Source: Narcine bancroftii (lineage: Eukaryota). Taken from it: a stretch of DNA of 64,000 nucleotides. Within the stretch, counting starts at the first letter, position 1. Each line of letters begins with the position of its first letter. The notes beneath the pieces were generated by a model. The model saw only the letters and a program-made list of their open reading frames with translations, had not been told where the DNA came from and did not search any database. The position numbers were made by a program, and so were the translations under genes. The stretch is taken from assembly GCF_036971445.1 (NCBI RefSeq), contig NC_091476.1, positions 29,388,001-29,452,000 of the forward strand. The letters are read 5' to 3'. Positions 11,597-23,184 of this stretch are shown here, piece after piece.

Positions 11597-11609
11597 CCCC
11601 CCCCCCCCC
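11538..11609. repeat. (CT)n microsatellite followed by poly-C
   Basis: About 28 CT units, then a C-run. Confidence 0.97.
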
Positions 11610-11611
11610 TC

Positions 11612-12254
11612 CCTCCCTCTGTGGGAGCACAAACTCTTTTCTATCGACTGATGTATCAGGTCTGCTTCAGAAGTTAATTCAAAACTATAATCAAATTCAG
11701 AATCTTTCTCACTGTTCTCTAGGTACCTTGTAGTTAGATCAAATGTTCACACTTAATATTATGAACTCCTGGAAATGTACATCTTTACAATACCTCCAAA
11801 GAGTCCAGTTTTCTAATCTCTGACATTCCTCCCTCTGTGGGAGTACAAACTCTTTTCTATCAACTAATGTATCAGGTCTGCTTCAGATGTTAATTCAAAA
11901 GTATAATCAAATTCAGAATCTTTCTCACTGTTCTCTAGGTACCTTGTAGCAGATCAAATGTTCACACTTAATATTATGAACTCCTGGAACTGTACATCTT
12001 TACAATACCTCCAAAGAGTCCAGTTTTCTAATCTCTGACATTCCTCCCTCTGTGGGAGTACAAACTCTTTTCTATCAACTAATGTATCAGGTCTGCTTCA
12101 GATGTTAATTCAAAAGTATAATCAAATTCAGAATCTTTCTCACTGTTCTCTAGGTACCTTGTAGCAGATCAAATGTTCACACTTAATATTATGAACTCCT
12201 GGAACTGTACATCTTTACAATACCTCCAAAGAGTCCAGTTTTCTAATCTCTGAC
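11612..12254. repeat. Tandem triplication of a ~215-bp unit
   Basis: Units start at 11612, 11828 and 12043. Copies 2 and 3 look identical; copy 1 has a few differences. Confidence 0.95.
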
Positions 12255-12319
12255 CTCCCTGGTGGTGTCAGCTCACAAATTCATCACGTAATCTGATCTT
12301 CCTTTCTTATGTCAACATG

Positions 12320-13090
12320 AGAGCATAAGAAAAATAAGCAAGAGAAGGCCATTTGTCTTGGCTGAAATTTTACATTCAGTGCTAAATTTCCACTCACATC
12401 ATATCTCGTGATTTCCTGAATATTCAAAAATTTATTTACCTCTGTCAATATACTCTGAATACACTAAGCACAAGTCGTGTTGGGTATGCAATTTAAAAAA
12501 AAACACAAATCCTTTTGGCAAAGACATTTCTTTTCATGTCATTCATGAATGACTAACCCCTTAATATGAAATTGTGATCTCAGACTCTACACAACCCATC
12601 ATTACTACTCCATGGTGCAATCTCCATTGGCTTGCGATGGAGAGGCCCATCCAAATATATATCTGTCCAGCTAATATCTGGTATTTGAACTTTCAGATTT
12701 TAAATGTAATTGCTTATAACTCCTTCAGATGACCTTACGTTACTCACATTATCAGCTGAATCCAGCCACCAGAACAGTTACGTATCACTTATCTTTCCCT
12801 CTCCGATATCCTCTCATTCCTCACATTCTATTCAACTCCCCTCTTTTATTTCTGATTTTTTCCAGTTCCTATTCATTCATTCGTAGTTACACAGCATGTA
12901 AATAGGCCCTTCAGCCTATGCTGTCCTAGAAAACTATCGAAGCTAACCCATTTGCCTGCATTTTGCCCCTGACCCCCCAAAACATTTCCTGTCCATGCAC
13001 TTAATGTTTTATTTAACCATTGCAATTGTACCCACCTCTGTCACCTCCTCTTGCATATCATATCCAATTAATACCATTTGTGTTAATTTC
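12320..13090 (-). mobile_element. Old CR1 3'-end fragments mixed with other relics
   Basis: Reverse CR1 tails at about 12324 (CATAAGAAAAATAAGCAAGAGAAGGCCATT) and about 12875 (ACACAGCATGTAAATAGGCCCTTCAGCC). Confidence 0.55.
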
Positions 13091-13432
13091 AACACAACAC
13101 CAAAATCTTTTTCTGTCATCTCCATCGCTATGCCTACTTCTTCCACCTTGATTCTCCACCTCCCACTGAAAATGCCTTCTTCCATCTTAAGCCTTCTTCC
13201 TCCTCTTGGACACCTTATCCTGTCCATTTACCCATGCTGGATCTTTATATTTGCAATTGCTGCCAAAACTTCATATGTCTCAAATTCATCACTCCTTATT
13301 CTATTCTCACCCCATCTGAACATGCTGCGCTCCACTCTCTATGCAACAATCCCAACCTCATTATCAAACCCCCAGTCAGGTTTGGTTCTGCTTTGATCTA
13401 GTGCACTGATCTCTACCTTACAGGTCTCAGCT

Positions 13433-13830
13433 TCACCTTGTCATGGTGGAGAAGCTTGTGTGGTCCTGAGATCCCAAGAGTGATGCTGTCTGCAGCTATG
13501 CTCTTGGTAGGGCTTCCCATAGCAGTAAGGTCGAGGGTGAGGTCCCTGACAAAGAACAATCCAACCAAGACCTCCATGGTGGAACAGGCAGATGAAGTTA
13601 ATTCGAACTCAATGGCTGTGAAAGCGGATGAAGGCTGCAACAAATCCATAATCTCCAATCATCGTGGTATCCATGCCATTGGAATTAATTGATTGATTTG
13701 TGAAGTATCATGTGCATATTGGGGTGCAACATTAAGTACATGTTAAACAAATACATACACGGGCATCTTCGCTCTGTGGAAAATGGAATAAAGTCCATCA
13801 TCCTTGACCTCGAAGGAAAGCCATGACCAA
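13433..13830 (+). mobile_element. Short non-autonomous RTE-derived element (RTE 5' head plus RTE-like 3' tail)
   Basis: CACCTTGTCATGGTGGAG...GGTAGGG...CTGACAAAG resembles the 5' UTR of Expander/BovB-type RTEs. Ends ATCCTTGACCTCGAAGGAAAGCC. Possible TSD TCAGCT at 13427-13432 and 13831-13836. Confidence 0.65.
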
Positions 13831-13896
13831 TCAGCTCTCAGACCCCTTTTCTTAATTAACCCTTCAACAGGACCTCACCAAAGAACATCCAGCTAC

Positions 13897-14769
13897 TGTT
13901 ACAGAATTGTGCTATTATTAATCTTTAGGTTATAATATATTATATTTAGTAAAATTATTTTGTGGGTTTGAAAACACATTTGTGTTGGCAGATAAGTCTT
14001 TTGGACACTGCTTGGCTGGAGTTGGCACAGTCATAAAATCAAAGTGAGTTGTTCTATTGAAATACTGAAGACAATGAATGTTTGCTCAAAAGACACCTGT
14101 ATAAACAAACAGCCATTTGCTTGTTGGCCTGTGTAGACAACTCATACTTTCTAAGAAGTGAAGCTTTAAACAGAGACAGTGGTGATGTTATGTCAGATGA
14201 TTGCAGTAACTTTCAGTGAGAAAGGTGCTGTTGTGTTCTCCCTTGTCAGGGAAGGAACACAGAATCATTGGCTTTGAAGAAAAGGGCCACTTTGACTGTC
14301 TTCCTTTGTCAAGAGAGACAAGTGCTACTGCGGCCATTTTAATCATCATTTCATTTAACCCTTGCCTGGGTTTGTGAAATTGTGTAAATTGCAAGTTCTG
14401 TAACCTCCACACAAGAGAGGGGAATTTGTGGAAAATCATTGAAAACAACTCTACAAGAATTTGTGAGTTTTCAGAAGTCCGATGACTTTGTGCCTTACCT
14501 ACACCATAGTTACTTTTGAACAACAGTTTAAAGACTCTGAATTTCAACACAAGTTTAAAGACTGAAGTTTAAAATATACTTTTCAGAATTGTGCCTGAGC
14601 TGTAATGGTTTGGGATCTGCCATGCATACACACACACGCATATGCATGTATGTATAGTGGGGTTATGTTTAAATTAAGAAATGTTATTATAAATAGTAAT
14701 TAATAAAAATATATTTTTTGGAGGTATTATCTTGGTTGATTTCTATTGCTGTTGGTCTAAGTTATAACA
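13897..14769 (+). mobile_element. Solo LTR
   Basis: TGTTA...TAACA termini, 4-bp TSD CTAC (13893-13896, 14770-14773) and AATAAA near the 3' end. Same family as 62266-63219. Confidence 0.85.
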
Positions 14770-14944
14770 CTACCATCTCACCAGACCATCTTTAACCTCA
14801 TCACTTCTGTTCATCTCCATCCTATGGCCTACCACTTCATTGTTTCCTATTCCTCCACTGCCAAATTCTATCTCCTACTCAAGATACAGAAACCCAATTG
14901 CCAAGGTAGACCCATTGTATCACATGCTCCTGCCCTCCGAAATA

Positions 14945-15157
14945 GAATCAACTACTCACTCTAACCACCCGAGTCTTTAATATTCACAAAACAGTATTCA
15001 TTTATTTATTTGTATATATGGATACTTGTCCGGTATATACGTTGTTTGTCTCTTATGTCTAGTGGTGAGCCTGCATGTTTTGCACTGAGGACCAGAGTAC
15101 CCTATTTTGTCAGGTTGTCCTGGTGCGATCGGATGGCAATAAATGTGACTTGACTTG
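14945..15157 (+). mobile_element. Rex1/Babar LINE 3' UTR
   Basis: TTTGCACTGAGGACCAGAG...AATAAA...GACTTGACTTG tail, homologous to the 3' ends at about 35100 and 44310. Confidence 0.75.
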
Positions 15158-15159
15158 GA

Positions 15160-15295
15160 AAGGCCAAATTCCATGAGCCATTCCATTGCCCAGTTTTAAA
15201 AAAAAATTGATCAAGATCCTGCTGTAACCTTAGACAATTTTCTTTACTGTCCATTATCACCAATTTTGATGAGAAGTTATTGACATGAAGTATAC
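15160..15295 (-). mobile_element. CR1 RT fragment
   Basis: Minus-strand translation MDSKENCLRLQQDLDQ...QW..EF. Confidence 0.6.
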
Positions 15296-17009
15296 ATTGT
15301 GCTTTATTCTGCACGGGCACTGCCCAACCTGCTGCATATTTCAGCAATTTCTGTTTTCTTGCAGTTGCAAACATTGTTCATAATCTGCATTACACATGTT
15401 ACACAAGTCGTCCAAAGGAAAAACTGAAGCTCTTCAACAGACAAATCCAATTTGGATCTTGGGATGAATAATCTGCCTGTTTAATATTGCATGAGGCATG
15501 TGAACTTTAAGGGCACCAGGAACCATGATCCACCAGACAGTATTCAAAGTATTCCTGATTTATGGCATATGAAAAGCAGATAATTAAATAACAACCTATT
15601 GACCCCTCAATGCACTGTGATAAAATATAACGCACAGATGACCCTCAATAGCAGAAGTGGTACAGGTTCCACAGATTATGTTAACTCGTTCTGCAAAAAA
15701 CATAGTTGAAGGGTGATATATGGGCAATTATCCATCTGCTATCGTTGTTACTTCTGATTATTTGCAGTCCTGTCACCTCCTTTTAGGTTTCATTAATATT
15801 TTGGCATTCATTCTGAGAGTCTGTTTTCACAGCTGTCAACTGCACAGGCAGTCCAGATTGTTTTCATTAGCTTTATCGCCACGATTACTCTTAAATATTG
15901 AACAACATGCTACTGTATCAATCAGCATTAAAAGATTCATAACATTTTCAAAACATACAACAAGTTTTCTACAGCTGTTAAATTGCATGCGCCATTATAG
16001 CAACCCAGCAGTGTGTTTAGTGCATCTCTTTCAGTCGCTTACAGGAATTTTGAACAGTTTGTCTCTTTAAGGTTGTCAACAAAGCATGTTTGCCTCTTTA
16101 AAAAAAGAACCCTCACACCAGGCTCTTTGCTTGGCAGTTGCTAAAGACAGTAATAGATTTCTTCATAACAGTTATTTTAATTATGCAATGGACTATTACT
16201 TAACTGGTTGGATTTTTTTCCCCAATTATTAAATTAAAACAGTGGCCACACTTTGCAAGAGTAAGCTCAGGTTGTCACCCAGAAGATATTTGGCAATGAT
16301 TATTGCAGTGATGACCATATGATTTTACTTCCCATTGTAATATATTATTACCTCCTTTGAACTTAGTCTCAGTTTCTTTTCAGTGTAAAGCAGAGAAGCG
16401 CAAAGCACCAAATGGAACCAATGGGGAACGAGACATAGGGGTGAGATCCCTTTAACCCAGTGAGTGTCTTGATCTGAGCATAAGAAACTAATAACAAATT
16501 ATATTCTCTTCAGTTTCTACACATCACAAGTAATTCAAAAGGAGGGAAGAAGTCACTTTCATCTTGATTAAAGATTAATTCATCAAGCAGAAACAATATT
16601 AATGAGTCATAAACGAAAAAAAAGGATTGGTCCAGCTCGTCTCCTTGCTGAACACAATCAAACGAGCCAAACTGTTTGAAGGGAAGGCAACACACAATGC
16701 TCATAAAGTAAACACAGTCGTGACCTGACAACAAAACACAAATGGAGCGATTTCAATTCCAGTGTCTGAAATGCACGTTGGAATGAAGGAATTTGAAAAT
16801 TTTGTTTGAAATATGCTCCAGGCAAGATTAGATTAACACATAGGCTCTTGGAATTGGGTTCCTGCCCTCAGCATCTTCTGGGAGAAAACTAAATCGTCGC
16901 TGAAAGGCAATAAATTTGACACTAATCCTCTTGTTGGTCCTTGTGACCCTTTCTCCAGTCTCGGCTTCCTCTGATTGGTCCTCTGGCTTTCACTTCTTCC
17001 TTTTGGTGT

Positions 17010-17556
17010 CATGATCCAATTTTATCATCATCATTTCTGCAATTTGTAATGCGATCCAGACCCTTTCCCTTCCTGCTCTTATTTGTCAACTCTGTGTCTG
17101 CCTCCTCTTCTTGGCCCCAGAGAAGTTTAAAGCATTGACAGGGTAAGTGGATTACAAGGCATAGATATTTGGAACAGGACCAAAGGTCAGAAGGATAAAC
17201 TATTTGCTTTGTTTAGTTGGCACCTTTTGCTGTAGATTCTGCTACCCCTCCTAAGCCCAAGAATGTCCATTTTGGGTTTAGCTTGAATCAACTTTGAGGG
17301 AAGTACATATATGAGATCTCCGAATGACTGTAGTCACGTTGGGGTGGGATTAGGTTATAATTTTATACCTGAATTGACCCCTACTCCTCCTGACAACTTA
17401 TCCCTAAAAACCCAAGGGTGCTCGAGCTTCAGGACAGTGTATATATGACAACACTGAAGGTCAATGTTCCATACCTCATTCCCAAAACTATTGGTTATGT
17501 ATCTTTATCTTTGTTCTATAAAGGACACTGTTTGACTTGCTGAGTTTCTCAGACAT
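17010..17556 (+). mobile_element. Degraded Penelope-like fragments including a terminal repeat
   Basis: 17490-17556 (TTGGTTATGTATCTTTATCTTTG...TGACTTGCTGAGTTTCTC) is the reverse complement of the 3622 and 44935 repeat. Confidence 0.5.
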
Positions 17557-18252
17557 AAACGTTCACCAAATTATCTTGCTGGAAGCTGCACGCATCATTT
17601 GAGAACACTGCCAATACAACAACCTGTGCTCCTTTTTTCGTGCGCAGAGATTTGCATCAACCTGTTCAAAAATATCTTCTGAATGCTGTCTTCCATGAAA
17701 CAGAGGTCAAAAGAAAATCACGTCAATTTTGCATTTGCAATTGTAATGGTAGTAGAACTGTCAGGACTCACGATCATTGCTGTTTAAATCTGACAGCTGT
17801 TTGTGCACATGCGCAGCTCGATGCAGAAATCCAAACATTGCCCTCAGCGACAATTCTGCTCCCCCACAAGATGTTGTGCTTACTGATGAACTCCATAGAG
17901 AATAAGCCATGCGATGCACATTTCAACTTTTTACACTATTTCTGAGCTTGCAAACAGAATACTTAAATGTAGACCCATTTATAATTACATGGTGTTAGAT
18001 CCCTTCGATTCTGACCAAATAATTATTTAGCTTGGATCTCTCAACAATTAAAATTTCCAAAGATTTTAAAGATAATTTTTATTTTCTCCTGTTTTTTTTC
18101 CATGTCAGCATAATTTAATCCAGTGTGAGTTTTCCTCTCTTTATATCTCTGATTGAAATTCTTTTTTGTATTGCCTGGTTTGCTGACAGTCAGAACTTTT
18201 TCATCAGAATAGCTCTACATTCTGCTTCTTGATTTCCCGGGTTCAATCTACC

Positions 18253-18570
18253 CAGGGTCGGTGTCAGAACAAGTCTAAATGGGGGGCATTTGGGTAACCT
18301 TGGGGGTGGGGAGGCACAATCTGACGTTCGAAAACTTGCTTAGAGGGGGAGGGGGAGGTTTGCCTACTTGCCATAAACCTCCTTCATGCATTGCTGTCAC
18401 ACTTCCCCCTCCCTCCGACGTAACAGACAAACACGCTGCTTATATCAGGAGGAGACTAATAATGTTAGCGAAGCGAGTGGTGTGGGTGGGGACAGGAACA
18501 ATAGCTCATTGTGGGGAGGTGGGGAGGTGGTGGCAATGCCTGTGAATGCTCCCTCTTGGCGCCAGCCGTG
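18253..18570. mobile_element. hAT-type MITE
   Basis: Imperfect TIRs CAGGGTCGGTGTCAG and TTGGCGCCAGCCGTG. 8-bp TSD AATCTACC/AATCCACC (18245-18252, 18571-18578). Confidence 0.75.
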
Positions 18571-19478
18571 AATCCACCCTTGAGACTTCCATACCAAACA
18601 TGCCGTCTTCGATGCACAAACAGCTGTTGGCAGCTGATAGTGCCATCTCTTTCCTGACTTCAAAATATGAAACATCTTTGTAAGAAGGACTTCTTAAACT
18701 ATAAACAAATGGATACACAATGAACTGGAACTCACTGCCATTTGCTCGGTGCTTTTTGGGATGCGTATTTACCATTCATACATTAGTAATTGTGCAAAAA
18801 TTCTCTTATAGGAGGTGAATCTGTCTTTTTCATTTGTAGATGATGCCCACTTTGGATTAAAAACAGGCATCATTACCATTGATGGGGATCAGCTAGCTCA
18901 CTGATCATTTGTCAGGTCAGACCTGGTGCAAGATCTGAGGACATGGTGGATTTAATTGGGGATTGAAAGGAGAAGGACTTACAAGTAAAGGGGAAGGTAA
19001 ATTGTATCTCTTTAATTACATATTGAAGAAATTTTACAGGGACTATTAGAGCATGAGGAAAAATGTCATGCTGTGATGTATTTTCAATGGTTTACTGAGT
19101 GCCAAAACAGTGCTGAGCAATTAAAATTCTGAGCTGGAACAGATGAGCAGTGGAAGCGAATTGAAGAAGTAGGTGAAAGTTAAAATTCTAAGGGAGATGT
19201 CTTTTGAATGTCATTGAGTTGTTGTGATGTGGATGTAGTACGGATTCAAGTATGGTCAGCTGTTTAAGGAAGCAAGATGGAGATTGACTGGGAGGACTAA
19301 AGAGTCCATTAAAATGCATTGCTAAAAGTAGCACAGGGCAAAATAAATATTACATTTGTATATTTGTTACAGGGGAGAGGTCTAGGAATCGGTGCAGCAA
19401 CTAAAACGTTTTCATTATTTTGTTTCTGATAGATGCCAGAACAGTTAAGGAATCTCAGGTTCAGAACCATTGCAAATA

Positions 19479-20181
19479 TGGCAGGTCCTCACTTAACATT
19501 GTTGATACGTTCTTGGAAAGTGCTACTTTAAGAGAAATGACATTAAACTAAATCAATTTTACCACAGGTTCAAATTCTAAATAATGACCCAAAACACCTC
19601 TAATATTAAACATTGTTTGTATAATTCCTTGTAGCAATTTTGAGTGATTCTTAAAATGCTTCAACCAACCATGACTTGCCACAAAGGTTTTACTTTCAGC
19701 ACCAGAACCCTGTTGTTTCTTTAGTTCTTCAAATAAACAAAGCTTTCATTTGTATGGCCATTAGCGAACATGGAGTGTTGCATATCATCCATCCAGATCT
19801 TCAAAAGTCTTTCCATATTTTCCTTTATGCTGCTTCTACTTCGTTAATTTTGTAGCAGCCAAAGCTGTTGCACTTTAAATGCTAGCTTTAATCTTTTCAA
19901 CATGACTGCAAAATGTTTGTACAGTTGCTTGTGCAGTCCGAGAGCTCGTCCTGTATCCACAGCTCACTGTCCGTTGTCAAACCTCATTGGCACAGGGATA
20001 AATCAAGAAAAAATGTTTGAAATCAAAAGTTGTAGGAGGCTGCACCTGCCAGCATTCTGTTCAAACCCAAAGAATAATGAAATGCAGTGCAGTATTTTAT
20101 TTTTAATTTTAATTATTTTTCTCTCATCAATCTTATAATGAAACAACATTGAATGCAATGACCTTATTCAAGGACTTACTG
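19479..20181 (-). mobile_element. Internally deleted Tigger/pogo (Tc1-mariner superfamily) DNA transposon
   Basis: TA flanks and TIR-like ends GCAGGTCCTC and AAGGACTTACTG. Minus-strand CENP-B-type HTH remnant ENMERLL...LFEELKKQ...FVASHGWLKHFK. Confidence 0.8.
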
Positions 20182-20283
20182 TAATGGAGTTGTTACGAGA
20201 TTCCAATTAAACCATTGCTCCCTTGATTGGTAACAACTCACCTTCAGTACTGTCGTGTATAAGGTCTTTGAATTTATTTCAAC

Positions 20284-21062
20284 ACTAGCAGGATACTTGG
20301 CATTTCCCGGAAAATAAAACACTCAGTTGTTGACTAGATGGTTAAAACAAAATACCCAAAAAACCATGGTAATTCTGCATAAATATATTTTTTCTGTTTC
20401 CTGCCTCCTGCTCCTTGTTTGCCTGGAGGCCTGAGCACTGAGGCAGGCCTGGTGTTGCTGTTCTGTTTCCTGCTGCCTGTCTAGAGGCCTGAGCACTGAG
20501 ATGGGCATCTTGCTGCTGTTCTGTTTCCTGCTGCCTGCTCCTTGCATGTCTGGAAGCATCAACAGTGAGGGCCGAGACTGATGTCCCTCTGCTGTCTCTT
20601 GCCTTCTCCTTTGTCTAACTCTATGGGCTTTCCAATATTGCTTTGATTTCTTGGGCCCATATTAAACTGCGTTTTGGTTTTTGAATGTACATTGATGCAC
20701 AGCACACTAACTAATCGAGATGTCCCTGGTGAAACTTCAAATTATTTTGGAACTTTTGAACTTCATATACCATAAAGGTTAATGTAGTCTTAACATTCAG
20801 CAACAAACATTACCACAAGCAGTAATGCAAGTCAGTGCTAGTAAATGCTGTATAATAAACAGTAATGGAGTCAGTGAAAGCTGGTCAAAAAACACTTTGA
20901 ACTTCATATATCCTTAAAGTTTAAATTCAATGAAATTCAAATGGTCATGACATCCAGCATCAAATGATACGCCTACTGAGCCTCCTTGGACATTTCTAGA
21001 GTGCTCCATATTGATTTGCATGGAGAACAGACAAACAAACAGATTTACATGCACAAATATAT
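20284..21062 (+). mobile_element. Possible non-autonomous Helitron/Helentron-like element
   Basis: Starts ACTAGCAGGATACTTGGCATTTCCCGG and has ACAGACAAACAAACAG near the end. About 3 imperfect ~60-bp repeats at 20390-20558. Confidence 0.4.
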
Positions 21063-21253
21063 GTTAAATTTGCACTTTGCAAGTAAAACTATCTGAGTAT
21101 GTCAGCAAGAAGTGGTGATTGGATTAACCAACTTGGTTTCTTCAGAGATCTTCACCATTGCAAAAGTTAGCCTGGTTGTAAAACTGAGATCTGTGCTCTA
21201 GAAACAATTGCCTCTAACCAAGCTGTTCAATTGCAGACAGGATGTGACAGCTG

Positions 21254-22594
21254 AAGATACCTGAACATATACTATATAAGTGGGATGAAAAATTGGTGCA
21301 ACATAGGAATTCACCAGTATTGCACCATCTGCTCAACATTTGGAAGAAGATTCACGTAGAAAGGAATAAAATAAATTATCAACTACCAAAATTAATATTG
21401 ACACAAAATCAACTAATCCCTTTCACAATAGATAACCTTTCCTTCAGAGAATGGGAGAGAAAAGGGATCAAAAGAATAGAAAATTGTTTTTCGGTAAATA
21501 AATTATTATCTTTTGAACAAATGAAGAAAAATATAATATAACTCACGATACAATGTTTGCATACCACCAACTGAAAACCTACATGAAGGACAAATTGGGA
21601 AACAGTATGAGGTTACCAGAAGGAAGCAATTTTGAATATGTGATTACAGACACAATGATAATTAAAAAAATTATAACAAACATGTACATCAAACTGCAAG
21701 AAAAGGAGAACGAGGAAACAAACTGTAAACCTAAACAAAAATGGGAACAAGATCTAAACATAGAGATAAAGAATGAAACATGGGAAAAGCTATGCTCCCG
21801 AACTATGAGAAATACAATAAACACGAGGTTACGCATGATACAATATAATTGGTTACACAGGCTATACATCACACCCCAAAAGTTAAATAAATGGGACCCA
21901 TCAGTATCAGACAGATGTTTTTGCTGTAAAAAGGAAATGGGAACAACAATTTGGGCATGTGAGAAAGTGGAAAAATTTTGGGAAGATCTAAACCAGATAT
22001 TAAATAAAATCACAAAAAGCAATATACCAAAAAACCCAGAGATCTTCCTTCTAAGTAATATAAGAAATAAAGAATTTGGACTCGATTTGGATGGAGCACA
22101 AAAAAGATTTATTATGATAGCCCTAGCTGTAGCAAAAAAATGTATTAGGTCAACCTGGAAATTAGAAGATAACTTGAGAATACAACAATGGTACAGAGAA
22201 ATAAATAAATGTATTCCATTAGAAAAAATAACATATAATTTAAGAAATAACATCACAATATTCGAAAAAATATGGGAACTGTACATAAAACACAATAGAG
22301 AAATCCTACCATGGACTTCCACCACCTAAAATGACAGAAGGAGAAGACAACGAAATGAACTGACTCAATATATAAAAGCAAAAGACAAAAATTTACTGTT
22401 TATTTTTATTAAGTGACGACATTGTTTAATGAGTTTAATGTATCATATAGATTGAACTTTGAATAAATGGGAAGGGGGTGAGGGAGGGACGGAAGGGAGG
22501 AGGAAAAGGGGAGAAAATGACTATTCGAGAGAAAAATGTCTATGTATTTTGGTCAGTATGGTTCATAGTGTGAAAAATAAAAAATATAAAAAAA
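21254..22594 (+). mobile_element. 5'-truncated L1-clade LINE with poly(A) tail
   Basis: 12-bp TSD ATGTGACAGCTG (21242-21253, 22595-22606). A-rich tail. ORF2 C-terminus present. Confidence 0.93.
21293..22329 (+). pseudogene. L1 ORF2 C-terminal region with Cys-rich motif
   Basis: QYNWLHRLYITPQKL, CFCCKKEMGT..IWACEKVEKFW. Frameshift near 21525. Confidence 0.88.
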
Positions 22595-23019
22595 ATGTGA
22601 CAGCTGCTTGACAATGTAAAGATTGCCAGCTCTATCCTATCCATGTACAGCAAGACAAACTTATGAATTGTACCTCCAACAGCCGACTCTCAATCATTAA
22701 CTAAGTGATGGAAGATATTGTTAGCAGTCCTGCCAAGTGGCACTGACTCATTCACTGATCCTCAGTTTGGGTTTCACCACCAGAAACAGTTCCAAATGTT
22801 ATCACACCATGGACAGAAGAGTTTAATTCCAAAGATAAACTGAGACTGGCAGCCTTTGATAGCCAGGGAGAACTTGACAAGTATGACATCAAGAAGCCCT
22901 GTTAAAACCAATGGCAATTGGCAAAACCCACTGACATTTGAAGTCCTATCTTGTATGAAACAAGACAGCTGTGGATCATTGGCGATCAATCTAGCAACTG
23001 CAGGACATTGCTACACAAA

Positions 23020-23180
23020 CCTGCTCGTGTCAGTATCCAAGACCCCAACCATTTGTAGCTGCTTCAGCAATGACTTTTCCTCCATTGGAAAATCAGATGC
23101 AAGGACATCCACTGATAATTGCACATGGCAAAACTCCACAGCAGATGAAATCATTCATTGCTGCATGGGCTACTAAGTGG
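23020..23180 (+). mobile_element. Old CR1/L2-type RT fragment
   Basis: PTICSCFSNDFSSIGKSDA..STDNC resembles the GPTIFSCFINDLP...FADDC motif. Confidence 0.55.
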
Positions 23181-23184
23181 TTGA

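Larger units (their letters stand above)
13100..14940 (+). mobile_element. Penelope-like element RT fragment, interrupted by two later insertions
   Basis: Three collinear pieces: SEHAALHSLCNNPNLIIKP..GSALI*CTDLYL (13316-13420), QLSD...QQDLTKEHPA (13832-13896) and TAKFYLLLKIQKPNCQGRPIVS (14857-14922). These match Penelope-type IKPADKG and FYLLPKIHK..GRPIVS motifs. Confidence 0.8.

Noticed and set aside
11512-11733. Ser-Leu/Pro-repeat ORF
   Set aside because: It is the translation of the (CT)n and poly-C microsatellite.
16384-16459. Possible small coding exon (TTTTCAG...GTGAGT)
   Set aside because: All frames stop before the stronger donor, the peptide is unrecognisable and no partner exons were found.
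21579-22325. 248-aa hydrophobic minus-strand ORF
   Set aside because: It is the antisense shadow of the A-rich L1 ORF2.
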